Shown here piece after piece: positions 9,473 to 21,280 of a DNA stretch of 49,174 bases. Positions within the stretch are counted from its first letter, which is position 1. Each line of letters starts with the position of its first letter. The position numbers and the translations under genes are program-made. Source of the DNA: Acholeplasma sp. (GTDB taxonomy: Bacteria; Bacillota_I; Bacilli_A; ML615J-28; CAG-698); assembly GCA_012838635.1 (NCBI GenBank), contig DUOW01000002.1, positions 1 to 49,174 on the forward strand, written 5' to 3'. The notes below the pieces were generated by a model. The model was not told where the DNA came from, ran no database searches, and worked only from the letters and a program-made list of their open reading frames with translations.

Positions 9473-9501
9473 ATAGAAAACGCTTTACTTTTAAGTAAAG
9501 T

Positions 9502-9533
9502 AAAAAAGATTTGATAAATACCAAATCTTTTTT
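9502..9533 (-). terminator. Terminator downstream of tRNA-Ser
   Basis: AAAAAAGATTTG...CAAATCTTTTTT inverted repeat with T-tracts. Confidence 0.65.
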
Positions 9534-9584
9534 CTTTATCTAAAAAACATATTAAATTAATAATTTGTCTTATTGCTTATTAAA

Positions 9585-9677
9585 TGGCGGAGTAGGAGAG
9601 ATTTGAACTCTCGCATCGGTTGTTACCGATCTACACCCTTAGCAGGGGCGCCTCTTCAGCCTCTTGAGTACTACTCC
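9585..9677 (-). tRNA. tRNA-Ser (anticodon GCT)
   Basis: GGAGTAG acceptor stem, anticodon arm CGCCC-CTGCTAA-GGGTG, long variable arm, GTTCAAATC T-loop, encoded G-CCA end. Confidence 0.97.
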
Positions 9678-9693
9678 ATGCCAATGTATTAGT

Positions 9694-9722
9694 ATTTTAC
9701 TTTATTTTACCCATTTTGTCAA
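9694..9722 (-). promoter_or_regulatory. Sigma-A promoter of tRNA-Ser
   Basis: TTGACA-17 bp-TAAAAT. Confidence 0.8.
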
Positions 9723-9734
9723 GTAAAAGCCAAG

Positions 9735-9763
9735 AAAAAAAGTGATTATTGAAAATCACTTTT
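9735..9763 (-). terminator. Probable terminator of the ligA-uvrA-lgt-trxB-whiA operon
   Basis: AAAAGTGATT...AATCACTTTT hairpin overlapping the stop at 9756, followed by a T-tract. Confidence 0.55.
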
Positions 9764-10268
9764 CTTTATCTATTTCTGTTTGTAATTCTTGTTTGATAGA
9801 GTTTAAACCATCTTTATAATAAGTAACTCTTCTATTCTCCACAACTAATAAAATTGGTATTCTTTTAGATCTAATTCTAATATACTCATAATCACTCACA
9901 GAATTAATCTTTTCTACAACTTCTTCATGATCATTAACTAAAAAGGTATTTTCTTCTTTAGTAACGTCTAAAGTATAAATTTTAACACCATTTTCACGAT
10001 TAGCTTTTGTAGCATAATTTAAAACAAATTTTTCTATTTCATGAAAATAATCTGTATCAACACTACTATCATAAAGAAAAACATAAGTCTTAGTACTATA
10101 ATCTAGCATCTCTTCTTTGGTAACTTCTAGTTCCTTTAAATCATCAACTTTGGTTTTTGCTAAATGCACTTGATTTGCAATAATCGCAATAACTAAACCT
10201 AGTGTGATTGCAATGATTGCTATCCAAAACAAAATTGCCTTATGTGTTATTCTATTTCCTTTTGCCAT
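9756..10268 (-). CDS. Membrane-anchored hypothetical protein, probably thioredoxin-like fold without cysteines
   Basis: One N-terminal TM helix. 'YVFLY', 'IYTLDV' and 'IPILLVVENRRV' are spaced like Trx-fold strands with the cis-Pro. No Cys in the protein. Confidence 0.6.
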   Translation of the reverse strand: MAKGNRITHKAILFWIAIIAITLGLVIAIIANQVHLAKTKVDDLKELEVTKEEMLDYSTKTYVFLYDSSVDTDYFHEIEKFVLNYATKANRENGVKIYTLDVTKEENTFLVNDHEEVVEKINSVSDYEYIRIRSKRIPILLVVENRRVTYYKDGLNSIKQELQTEIDKEK

Positions 10269-11206
10269 TTTTTACTGCTCCTTATTTTATCTGCAATTTG
10301 TTTAATGTCTCTAAAGCAATGTGACAATCCTGACTTAGAGATATATCTGCCAATTGTATCTTCAGAATTGTTTGATAATTCTTGCAACGAATCTTCAGGA
10401 TAATCTAGTCTTAAAGTAATTGCATCAATTAATCTTGGTGTTAATTTCTTTAAGCTTTCTGTTTCTTTAATTAAGTTAATATCTTCAATTTGTCTTTTAG
10501 CTGCACGTAATGACTTTTCCGCATTAGCAATATCACAATTATTATAGCGGTTAATATAGTTTGTAGCATCTTTTTCAATGCGAACATTTTCAAATTCAAA
10601 AAGATTAGTAATTGAACCAATAAACTTTAGAAAGTCCCCGATTTGTTCAGATTTTTTAAGATACAAAACAAATCCTTTTTTTCTTTCAATAATTTGTGCT
10701 TCAATAAAAAATTCTTTTAGAATTAACTCCACTGCTTCAACTGTTTGAAGATCAGATACTATTTCTAAGTGATAGTTATTACTCTTAGGATCATTAATTG
10801 AACCTCTACCTAAAAAACATCCACGAATAAAACTTGCTTTAGTCTCTTGGTTATTTAAAAGATTAAAGTTAACTTCCCTAATTCTACCAGATTTTTGATC
10901 ATACAATTCTAAATCTTGCAAGATAAATAATCCATCTTCAACTTCTACAATATATGTAGGATTTTTAAGTAATCTTTTTTCTTCTTGCAAATAGATATTA
11001 GGTGATACTTGATAACAATTCCCTAGCATTTTAATAACAACTCTAGCAATCGCATTAAGTTTTGTTTTTAAAATAATTTTTGTTTTGTTTTTTGTTAGGA
11101 CAACATCGCCAATTGTCCTAATTAAGCCATAAAGTTCAGCTCTTTGGCTATCTAAATCAGGAAGAATTGTCGCGATTTCCCTTTTTAAATTTTTAGAAAA
11201 ACTCAT
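10247..11206 (-). CDS. whiA: DNA-binding protein WhiA
   Basis: 'MSFSKNLKREI', LAGLIDADG-like 'FIRGCFLGRGSINDPK...YHLEI', 'NRYNNCDIAN', C-terminal HTH 'SLQEL...ISKSGLSH'. Confidence 0.92.
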   Translation of the reverse strand: MSFSKNLKREIATILPDLDSQRAELYGLIRTIGDVVLTKNKTKIILKTKLNAIARVVIKMLGNCYQVSPNIYLQEEKRLLKNPTYIVEVEDGLFILQDLELYDQKSGRIREVNFNLLNNQETKASFIRGCFLGRGSINDPKSNNYHLEIVSDLQTVEAVELILKEFFIEAQIIERKKGFVLYLKKSEQIGDFLKFIGSITNLFEFENVRIEKDATNYINRYNNCDIANAEKSLRAAKRQIEDINLIKETESLKKLTPRLIDAITLRLDYPEDSLQELSNNSEDTIGRYISKSGLSHCFRDIKQIADKIRSSKKWQKEIE

Positions 11207-12102
11207 AGATACTTAGCGGCATTAAGAGCAGCTATCGTTCCATCTCCAGTTGCTGTCGTAATTTGTCTAATTTCTTTATCGATAACGTCTCCAACACCGA
11301 ACAATCCTTTAATTTTTGTTTCTTTGTTTTCGTTAACAACAATATAACCATAATCATTTAAAATTCCTAAATCTTTTAGAAAATCAGTATTTGGGATATG
11401 TCCTATATATTCAAAACAACCATCTACTTTTAAACTAGTAACTTTATTAGTTTTTAAGTCTTTAATCTCTACTTCTTTTAATACTTCGTCCCCATTAAAG
11501 GCAATGACTTGACTACTATTAATAACTTCGATATTTTTAGTTTTCTTTACTTTTTCTTGAATGTTTTGAAAAGCTGTAGGTTCATCAGCTAAGTTTACAA
11601 TTGTAACTTTTCTTACAATTGAAGATAAATATAAAGATTCTTCTAAAGCCGAGTTTCCCCCGCCAACTACTAAAACGTCTCTATCTTTATAGAAAGAACC
11701 ATCACAAATAGCACAAAAACTAATTCCTTTACCTAAAAACTTATCTTCCCCTTCTACATGCAATTTTCTATTTTTCGTACCTGTAGCGATAATAACAGTT
11801 TTAGCTTTTAATGTTTGCTCATTTGTTTTTACAAAAAATGCATCTTGTTTTTTCTCAATCCCTGTAACTTCTAAAGGAAGATATTCTACACCTAAAGTTA
11901 AAGCTTGATCATACATTTTTAATGCTAAGTCAACACCACTAACTTCTGGTACACCAGGATAATTATCTATTTTATAAGTATTAGCTACTTGCCCACCTGG
12001 CATCATTTTTTCTAGTACTGCTACTTTTAAATTAGCACGTGAGCAATAAATAGCAGCTGTTAGGCCTCCAGGACCAGCACCAATTACTAAACAATCATAC
12101 AT
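11203..12102 (-). CDS. trxB: Thioredoxin-disulfide reductase
   Basis: GAGPGG FAD motif, 'ISFCAICDG' CxxC, 'VGGGNSALEE', 'RQITTATGDG'. Confidence 0.93.
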   Translation of the reverse strand: MYDCLVIGAGPGGLTAAIYCSRANLKVAVLEKMMPGGQVANTYKIDNYPGVPEVSGVDLALKMYDQALTLGVEYLPLEVTGIEKKQDAFFVKTNEQTLKAKTVIIATGTKNRKLHVEGEDKFLGKGISFCAICDGSFYKDRDVLVVGGGNSALEESLYLSSIVRKVTIVNLADEPTAFQNIQEKVKKTKNIEVINSSQVIAFNGDEVLKEVEIKDLKTNKVTSLKVDGCFEYIGHIPNTDFLKDLGILNDYGYIVVNENKETKIKGLFGVGDVIDKEIRQITTATGDGTIAALNAAKYL

Positions 12103-13047
12103 CTATAGCATTTCCTCCGTTACTTCTTCAACTGTTATTTCTAGTTCTTTTACTAGTTTCTTTTGTTTTTCTTCTTCTACAATCTCCATAAAAGACTGAG
12201 GTTTGTATTTTAAACTATGTCGTAAAACTAACAAGACAACTCCAATAATAAACATCGCAATCGAAATTAATTGGGCTTGTTTTAATTCAATACCAAAAAT
12301 TGTTGTTCTTAATGGATCAGTTCTTAACATCTCTACAAAAAATCTTCCAAAGCCATACCAAATTAAATAGTAAGCTAGTGAATCACCAATCCAATACTTC
12401 TTCCAAGTTTTCCTAATCATAATAATTAAGAATAGTCCAGCTAAATTCCATAACATCTCATAGTAGAATGTTGGATGAAAATAGCCGGTTGCATAGGTTC
12501 CATCTCCCATTTGCCCCCAAGAAATATACATATTATCAATAATAAATTTTGGAACCCAAATAGCTTCTAAAAACTCTCTTGAAACCATACCACCATGAGC
12601 TTCTTGATTAAAGAAGTTCCCCCAACGGCCAAAGATTTGACCAATTAATAATCCAACTGCAACTCCTTCAATAACTCTTAATAAACTTAGTTTCTTAATC
12701 TTACACCAAATCGGAGCCCAAATTGCAGCTGCAATTATTCCTCCATGGATTGCTAAGCCACCTCTCGTAATATGGGTAATTGCTGTTATCGGATTATCTC
12801 TATATCTTTCCCACTCAAAAGCTACATAGTATAATCTAGCCCCTAAAATTCCTAGGGCAACACCAATAACTACTCCCCAAAACATATCATCTTCACTTAT
12901 GCCAATTGATTTATAAACTTTCATTCCATAAAAATAGGCAACAATAATTCCTGTTAGAATACAAAGCGAATAAAAGGCAAGCGTAAAATCATCTGTAATA
13001 GGAATTCCTCTTGGTAATGCTAGTAAAGTATTGTTTAATAAACTCAT
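12103..13047 (-). CDS. lgt: Prolipoprotein diacylglyceryl transferase
   Basis: 'LGARLYYV', 'GGLAIHGG', 'GRWGNFFNQE', 'HPTFYYE'. Confidence 0.95.
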   Translation of the reverse strand: MSLLNNTLLALPRGIPITDDFTLAFYSLCILTGIIVAYFYGMKVYKSIGISEDDMFWGVVIGVALGILGARLYYVAFEWERYRDNPITAITHITRGGLAIHGGIIAAAIWAPIWCKIKKLSLLRVIEGVAVGLLIGQIFGRWGNFFNQEAHGGMVSREFLEAIWVPKFIIDNMYISWGQMGDGTYATGYFHPTFYYEMLWNLAGLFLIIMIRKTWKKYWIGDSLAYYLIWYGFGRFFVEMLRTDPLRTTIFGIELKQAQLISIAMFIIGVVLLVLRHSLKYKPQSFMEIVEEEKQKKLVKELEITVEEVTEEML

Positions 13048-13079
13048 AATAAATTCCTCTCTTTTTTAAGGTAGTTATA

Positions 13080-15893
13080 TTATAACACCTTTTTTAAATA
13101 TATGCCAGTAGCAGACTGAGGATTATTGGCAATCTCTTCTGGAGTTCCTGTTGCTACAACATATCCTCCTTGATCTCCACCTTCTGGACCTAAATCAATA
13201 ATGTGATCAGCTACTTTAATTACATCTAAGTTATGTTCAATAATAACGACAGTAGCTCCTTCATCAACAATCCTGTTAATTACTTCTAATAGTTTCTTTA
13301 CATCATAAGCATGAAGACCAGTAGTTGGTTCATCTAAAATATAAATTGTCTTATCGGTAATTCTTTTCTTAAGTTCACTTGCAAGTTTGATCCTTTGCGC
13401 TTCTCCCCCTGATAGGGTTGTAGAAGACTGACCAAGTTTAATATAGCCTAAACCAACATCCATTAATGTTTTTAAAATAGATTCAATCTTTTGTTGGTTC
13501 TCAAAAAACTCCCAAGCTTCTTCAATTGTCATATCTAAAACTTCAGCAATATTCTTGTCTTTATATTTAATTTGTAATGTCTCTTGATTATATCTTGTCC
13601 CATTACATGCTTCACAAGGAATATAAACATCAGGTAAAAAGTGCATTTCAATTCTTAAAACACCATCACCTTGACACTTTTCACATCTTCCGCCCTTAAC
13701 ATTAAAACTAAATCTACCTTTATTATAACCTCTCATCTTAGCTGCTACTGTTTCACTATATAAGTCTCTAATATGATCAAAGACACCAGTATATGTAGCT
13801 GGGTTACTACGAGGAGTTCTCCCAATTGGTGATTGATCGATGGCAATGACTTTTTCAAAATCATCCATTCCCAAAATCTCATCAACTTCACCCGCATCCA
13901 TTCTTGTACGATTTAAATGATTATGTAAACTCTTATATAAAATCTCATTTACTAAAGAAGACTTCCCCGAACCAGATACTCCAGTTACTAAGTTTAAAGC
14001 TCCTTGTTTGATTTCTACATCAATATTTTTAAGGTTATTGCATCTAGCACCTTTAATCGTAAGTACTTTGCCATTACCTTTTCTTCTTACTTTTGGAACT
14101 TCAATTTTATCTTTGCCAGATAAGAACCTACCAGTAATACTTTCGTCTACTGCCATAATCTCATCTACAGTTCCTTCTGCAACAATCCTGCCACCTTCTT
14201 TACCAGCTAAAGGCCCCACATCTACAATATGATCGGCATTGCGCATAATCTCTTCATCATGCTCAACTACAATCAATGTATTACCTAAAGCTGTCATTTC
14301 TTTTAATGTGTTAATTAGTTTCGCATTGTCTGCTTGGTGTAGACCAATTGATGGTTCATCTAAAACATATAAAATGCCAGTCAGTTTAGACCCAACTTGT
14401 GTTGCAAGTCTAATTCTTTGTGATTCTCCACCTGATAAAGTACCAGCTGATCTTGCTAAAGTCAAATAAGATAGGCCAACATTAATTAAGAAATCTAACC
14501 TGTTTTTAATTTCACTTAAAATTAGTTCTGCTATCTTTTGATCAGTTTCACTTAATTCAAGATTTTCTAAAAATGCTCGTAAATCTTTTATAGATAAAAC
14601 AGTCATCTCATAAATATTTTTACCAGCTATTTTAACTGATAAACTTTTTTCTGATAATCTTTTCCCTCCACACTTATCACAAACACTATCTACAATATAA
14701 GAACCATAATATTGTCTACCAAAACGAGAAGTAGTTTCTTGATATCTTCTTTGGATTAAATTTGCTAGTCCTTCAATATAATCGTTTTTGCGATAATGAT
14801 TTCCCCCGCGACTATTAATCTCGTAAGTTATTTTATGTTTAGAACCATATAAAATAACATCCTTTTGTAAGTCAGTTAAGTTTTGATATGGTGTGTCTAA
14901 ATCAATTTTATAATAATCAAATAAAGCTTTATATATTTGCCATTCAATATTCTCAGTATCAACAATATTCTTTAAGTATCTAATTGCACCTTTTCTAATT
15001 GACTTTTCAGGATTAGTTACTAAAAGGTTTAATCCGACTCTTTGAATCATTCCTAAGCCATTGCATTCACTACATGCTCCAAAAGGTGAGTTAAAAGAAA
15101 ATAATCTTGGTTCTAACTTAGGTATACTAAACCCACAAATAGGGCAAGCAAAATGTTCAGAAAAGATTTCTTCTTTGCCATCGATATCAACTTTGATAAT
15201 ACCATCAGCTAATCTTAAAGCAGTTTCAATTGAAGCATAAAATCTACTTCTGTTTTCTATTCTTACTTTTAATCTATCGATAATCAAATCAATATTATGA
15301 CTTATATTCTTATCTAAAACCGGTTCTTCTTCTAGCAAATCATAAGTTTTGCCATCAACTCTGACTTTACTAAAACCTTCTTTTTTAACTAACTCAAATG
15401 TTTCTTTATGAGTCCCTTTTTGGCCAAAAGCAATTGGGCTATAAATAATACACTTGGAATCAGGAATATAAGTATAGATCTTTTCTAACATCTCTTCAAT
15501 TGTTTGACTTTTTATTAAAATATTATGATGAGGACAATAAGCTTTTCCAATCCTTGCATATAATAAACGCAAATAATCATAGATTTCGGTAACTGTACCA
15601 ACTGTTGATCTTGGGTTGTTATGTGTTGTTTTTTGGTCAATCGAAATTGAGGGACTTAAGCCTTCAATTGAATCAACATCAGCTTTATCTACGCCTCCTA
15701 AAAACTGACGGGCATAACTTGATAAGCTCTCTACATATCTTCTTTGCCCCTCTGCATAAATCGTATCAAAAGCTAACGAAGACTTACCAGAACCTGAAAC
15801 CCCAGTCATAACAATAAACTTATCTTTTGGAAGTTTTAAATCGATGTTTTTAAGATTGTTATTTCTTGCCCCTTTGATAGTTATATATTTCAT
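13080..15893 (-). CDS. uvrA: Excinuclease ABC subunit A
   Basis: Two GVSGSGKS Walker A motifs, '[18 protein letters not shown]', zinc-finger cysteines, two LSGGE signatures. Confidence 0.97.
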   Translation of the reverse strand: MKYITIKGARNNNLKNIDLKLPKDKFIVMTGVSGSGKSSLAFDTIYAEGQRRYVESLSSYARQFLGGVDKADVDSIEGLSPSISIDQKTTHNNPRSTVGTVTEIYDYLRLLYARIGKAYCPHHNILIKSQTIEEMLEKIYTYIPDSKCIIYSPIAFGQKGTHKETFELVKKEGFSKVRVDGKTYDLLEEEPVLDKNISHNIDLIIDRLKVRIENRSRFYASIETALRLADGIIKVDIDGKEEIFSEHFACPICGFSIPKLEPRLFSFNSPFGACSECNGLGMIQRVGLNLLVTNPEKSIRKGAIRYLKNIVDTENIEWQIYKALFDYYKIDLDTPYQNLTDLQKDVILYGSKHKITYEINSRGGNHYRKNDYIEGLANLIQRRYQETTSRFGRQYYGSYIVDSVCDKCGGKRLSEKSLSVKIAGKNIYEMTVLSIKDLRAFLENLELSETDQKIAELILSEIKNRLDFLINVGLSYLTLARSAGTLSGGESQRIRLATQVGSKLTGILYVLDEPSIGLHQADNAKLINTLKEMTALGNTLIVVEHDEEIMRNADHIVDVGPLAGKEGGRIVAEGTVDEIMAVDESITGRFLSGKDKIEVPKVRRKGNGKVLTIKGARCNNLKNIDVEIKQGALNLVTGVSGSGKSSLVNEILYKSLHNHLNRTRMDAGEVDEILGMDDFEKVIAIDQSPIGRTPRSNPATYTGVFDHIRDLYSETVAAKMRGYNKGRFSFNVKGGRCEKCQGDGVLRIEMHFLPDVYIPCEACNGTRYNQETLQIKYKDKNIAEVLDMTIEEAWEFFENQQKIESILKTLMDVGLGYIKLGQSSTTLSGGEAQRIKLASELKKRITDKTIYILDEPTTGLHAYDVKKLLEVINRIVDEGATVVIIEHNLDVIKVADHIIDLGPEGGDQGGYVVATGTPEEIANNPQSATGIYLKKVL

Positions 15894-15901
15894 CTTCTCA
15901 C

Positions 15902-17881
<1,980 letters not shown>

Positions 17882-17896
17882 CTAAACATATATAAT

Positions 17897-17925
17897 ATTA
17901 TATCATAATTTAGTTAGTATTGCAT
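17897..17925 (-). promoter_or_regulatory. Putative sigma-A promoter of the ligA operon
   Basis: ATGCAA-17 bp-TATAAT with TG extended -10. Confidence 0.6.
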
Positions 17926-17952
17926 AAAAAAAGCCTACATAAGTAGACTTTT
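17926..17952 (-). terminator. Terminator after the acidic lipoprotein gene
   Basis: Minus strand AAGTCTAC-TTAT-GTAGGCTT followed by TTTTT. Confidence 0.65.
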
Positions 17953-17965
17953 ATTTATCTAAAAC

Positions 17966-19042
17966 TTAAAAAAATACGTTTAAGTTTTTGCGTGATTTAC
18001 TAAAACCATTAAATGGTTTTGTTCTTATAATAGTTACCCCTTCTGATGTAATCTCATATTGATTATTACCATCAATGAAACTAATTTTCATTGTGCCCTC
18101 TTCCTCATCATCTAAATAATCAATTTCATATTCACCAACTAAATAATCTTTTTCTTCTTTGATATTGTATTTAGCTTTTGAATCTTTAATTTTATCTTCT
18201 GTTTCTAAAAAGATATGAGCTTTATTCTCGTAGTCAACTCCAATATACATTTTTGTAATTAAATCAACTTTATCTTTGAAGTAAATTTCGTAAGTGAATT
18301 TTTGTTTGTTTTCTAAAGTTTCTTGTTTAAACAAAATGTAATTATCATCTTCATTTTCATAAGCTACTTTAATTTCTGTTTTTACACCATTATTGTATGC
18401 TTCATATTTGAATGACTTTTCTACTTCTTTATCTTCAAATTCTTCACTGTACTCAATCTTAACATAGTTATTCGCATCTAATCTGATTTCAAACTTATAA
18501 GTTGTTTCTTCTTCATCGTCTTCTTTTTCAACTTCTTTTTCACCAACTAAAGTATATTCAACTTCACCTAAAACAACAATACCTTCTAAATCAGTTTCGA
18601 TTTCTAACTCATCGTCTTCTTCTTCCACATCTACATATGTTTCATTGTAATAAAGAACATACTCAGTTTTCTCGCCCGCTAAATCCATTACTGAAATTGT
18701 CATCATCTTTTCATAACCTTCACGATCAGAAGCAGCTTCTGTGTGTTGAACAGCATCATCGCTTGATAATAACTTTTCTGCTAATCCTAAATACTCATTA
18801 ATTTGGTCTAGATTGCTGGAAATTGCTGGTTGTGTTGCTCCATCTTTACTATCATTTAATGATAGCCTTGTAGCACTACCTCCCTTAATCATTTCTAATC
18901 CAGACACAACTGAATAACTAACTAAATCTGTATCATTGTTAATAGCAGGTTTAGCCGCCTTTGTTCCTCCACATCCAATTAGGATAAATCCTGTGATTGC
19001 TAAAACAGCAACAAATAGTAATCTTTTTAAAACTTTCATCAT
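17966..19042 (-). CDS. Acidic lipoprotein of unknown function
   Basis: Signal peptide with lipobox LIG-C. Glu/Asp-rich, beta-strand-patterned mature region. GGAGG RBS. Confidence 0.75.
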   Translation of the reverse strand: MMKVLKRLLFVAVLAITGFILIGCGGTKAAKPAINNDTDLVSYSVVSGLEMIKGGSATRLSLNDSKDGATQPAISSNLDQINEYLGLAEKLLSSDDAVQHTEAASDREGYEKMMTISVMDLAGEKTEYVLYYNETYVDVEEEDDELEIETDLEGIVVLGEVEYTLVGEKEVEKEDDEEETTYKFEIRLDANNYVKIEYSEEFEDKEVEKSFKYEAYNNGVKTEIKVAYENEDDNYILFKQETLENKQKFTYEIYFKDKVDLITKMYIGVDYENKAHIFLETEDKIKDSKAKYNIKEEKDYLVGEYEIDYLDDEEEGTMKISFIDGNNQYEITSEGVTIIRTKPFNGFSKSRKNLNVFF

Positions 19043-19121
19043 AATACCTCCTCTTTAAGTTTTTTCTTCTTACACTATATATAATGAACGAAACTTTGAT
19101 TTTATTGGTAAAAAATGAAAG

Positions 19122-19157
19122 AAAATAAAAAAAGAGCGTTTTCGCTCTTTTTTATTT
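19122..19157 (-). terminator. Terminator after pcrA
   Basis: AAAAGAGCG-TTTT-CGCTCTTTT perfect hairpin with long A/T tracts. Confidence 0.85.
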
Positions 19158-19159
19158 TT

Positions 19160-21268
19160 TTATCTAATAATTGTTAAGAATTTAGGGCTTAAGAAAATCT
19201 TCTTTATTCCTTTACCACCAGAAAAAGCTATTTGACCGTAATTGGCATTAATGCTAACAATGATCCCTTGACCAAAAGTATTATGACTTACTTTATCACC
19301 TACATTAAATTTATCTCGGTCTTCTCTAATTTGATTTCGTTTTTTCCTATTTATAATATTTGCTTCCTTAACATCATCAAACATTTCTTGTAAGAAGAGT
19401 GAAGGAATAATATTTATTCTTCCTCTACCCATCGAAAGCCTTCTTTGTGTATGCGTTAAATAAAGTCTATCTTTAGCTCTTGTTAAAGCAACATAAGCTA
19501 CTCTTCTTTCTTCTTCTAGTTCTTCTCTTGTTAGGCTAGAAACATAACCATAAGGCAAGATTCCATTTTCAATAGCTGTTAAAATTACAACTTTGAATTC
19601 TAATCCTTTGACTGAATGAATAGTAGATAAAAGCAATTCATCTTTTTCGCTTTTTTCTTTTTTGTTTTTACTTTCAGCTAAAACTACATAATCAAATAAA
19701 CCAACTAATCTTTCTTTATTAGAGTTGAAGATGTTATCTTGTTCTAATTCAACTAAAATCGATTTTAATTCAAGAACGTTTTGAATCTTATCTTCATCTT
19801 CTAGCTTTTCTGCTAAATAATTAAAATAGCCAACTTCAGTTAAATAGTTATTAAATAAAACTTGAATATCTTCTTTTTCTAGTAGATCTCGATATTTTAA
19901 AATCGTATCTTTTAATTGTAATAAATTTTCAAAAATATCAATTCGCAAGATTTCTTTGCTCTTATCAATGGCATTAGCAATACTTGGGTCTTCATTAAGA
20001 AAATCTACAATCTTATCATAAGTTACTTTACCAACCCCTCTTAAAGGTCGGTTATAAATTCTTTCAAAACTTAATTGGTCATCTTCAAGTAACAATCTTA
20101 AATAAGCAACTGCATCTTTTATTTCTGCTCTTTCAGTAAATGAATATCCACCATAAATCTTATAAGGAATATTATTACCAATGGCTTCTGTTTCAAAGTT
20201 TCTTGACAAACTTGAATTACGATAAAGAATTGCAATATCGCTATAGTTATATCCTTCTCTTTTTAATCTTTGGACTAAACTAATAGCATAACTTGCTTCA
20301 TCTTTTTCATCGTCTAGTTGTTTTAAAACAACATCTGATTTATGTCCTTCCCTTTCTGAGAAAAGCTTCTTTTCTTCACGATTTTGATTTACCGAAATTA
20401 ACTTATTAGAAATATCCAAAATAGCTTGACTAGAACGATAGTTTTGTTCTAAATGAATTTTTTTAAATTCAGGAAAATCAATCTGAAATAATGACATATT
20501 TTCATAGTTAGTTCCTCTAAAACCATAAATTGATTGATCATCATCGCCAACAACAAAAATATTACGATATTTCTCAGCCATTAGTTTAATAATATTATAT
20601 TGAATAATATCGGTATCTTGAAACTCATCTACAAGAATGTATTGATACCTTTCTTGATATTGTTCTAAGACATGCGGATATTTTTTAAATAGTTCTAAAG
20701 TCTTATCTAATAAATCCTGGAAATCAAAAGCGTTGTAAAACTTCAATCTTTCATTATATGTTTTCATTAAATCAACAATTAAATCATAGTTAATGTCTTC
20801 CATACTTGGTTTAGTATGAAATGTCTTATAATAATTGATGTGTTTTTTTGCTAAAGCAGGAGGTAAAATAATCTTATTAATATTCTTTTCTTTTAAGATT
20901 TCTCTAATGATTCTTAATTGATCATTATCATCAAAAATTCTAAAATTATTTTGGTAATCAAGAAGTTGAGCATAGCGTCTTAACACTTGTACACAAAAAG
21001 CATGGAATGTAGAAATAGTTACTTTTTTATAACTATCATCTAACATCTGCTCTAGTCTTTCCTTCATCTCTCTTGTAGCTTTATTTGTAAAGGTAATTGC
21101 TAATATATGCTCAGGTGAAATACCTTCTTCTTCAATTAGATAAGCAATACGATGAGTTAAGGTTCTCGTTTTTCCAGTACCAGCACCAGCAAATACTAAA
21201 ATTGGACCTTCGTTATATATTACAGCTTCTTGTTGTCTTGGATTTAGATTTGCTAGTATTTTAGACAT
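19160..21268 (-). CDS. pcrA: ATP-dependent DNA helicase PcrA/UvrD
   Basis: AGAGTGKT, 'TFTNKA', 'VDEFQD', 'GDDDQSIYGFRG', 'LEQNYRS', 'KGLEF', 'EERRVAYVALTRA', C-terminal Tudor-like tail. Confidence 0.93.
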   Translation of the reverse strand: MSKILANLNPRQQEAVIYNEGPILVFAGAGTGKTRTLTHRIAYLIEEEGISPEHILAITFTNKATREMKERLEQMLDDSYKKVTISTFHAFCVQVLRRYAQLLDYQNNFRIFDDNDQLRIIREILKEKNINKIILPPALAKKHINYYKTFHTKPSMEDINYDLIVDLMKTYNERLKFYNAFDFQDLLDKTLELFKKYPHVLEQYQERYQYILVDEFQDTDIIQYNIIKLMAEKYRNIFVVGDDDQSIYGFRGTNYENMSLFQIDFPEFKKIHLEQNYRSSQAILDISNKLISVNQNREEKKLFSEREGHKSDVVLKQLDDEKDEASYAISLVQRLKREGYNYSDIAILYRNSSLSRNFETEAIGNNIPYKIYGGYSFTERAEIKDAVAYLRLLLEDDQLSFERIYNRPLRGVGKVTYDKIVDFLNEDPSIANAIDKSKEILRIDIFENLLQLKDTILKYRDLLEKEDIQVLFNNYLTEVGYFNYLAEKLEDEDKIQNVLELKSILVELEQDNIFNSNKERLVGLFDYVVLAESKNKKEKSEKDELLLSTIHSVKGLEFKVVILTAIENGILPYGYVSSLTREELEEERRVAYVALTRAKDRLYLTHTQRRLSMGRGRINIIPSLFLQEMFDDVKEANIINRKKRNQIREDRDKFNVGDKVSHNTFGQGIIVSINANYGQIAFSGGKGIKKIFLSPKFLTIIR

Positions 21269-21280
21269 GTATCCTCCTAA

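Noticed and set aside
9585-9677. tRNA-Ser as an integration site for an island or prophage
   Set aside because: No integrase nearby, no duplicated tRNA 3' end noticed, and the flanks are housekeeping genes.
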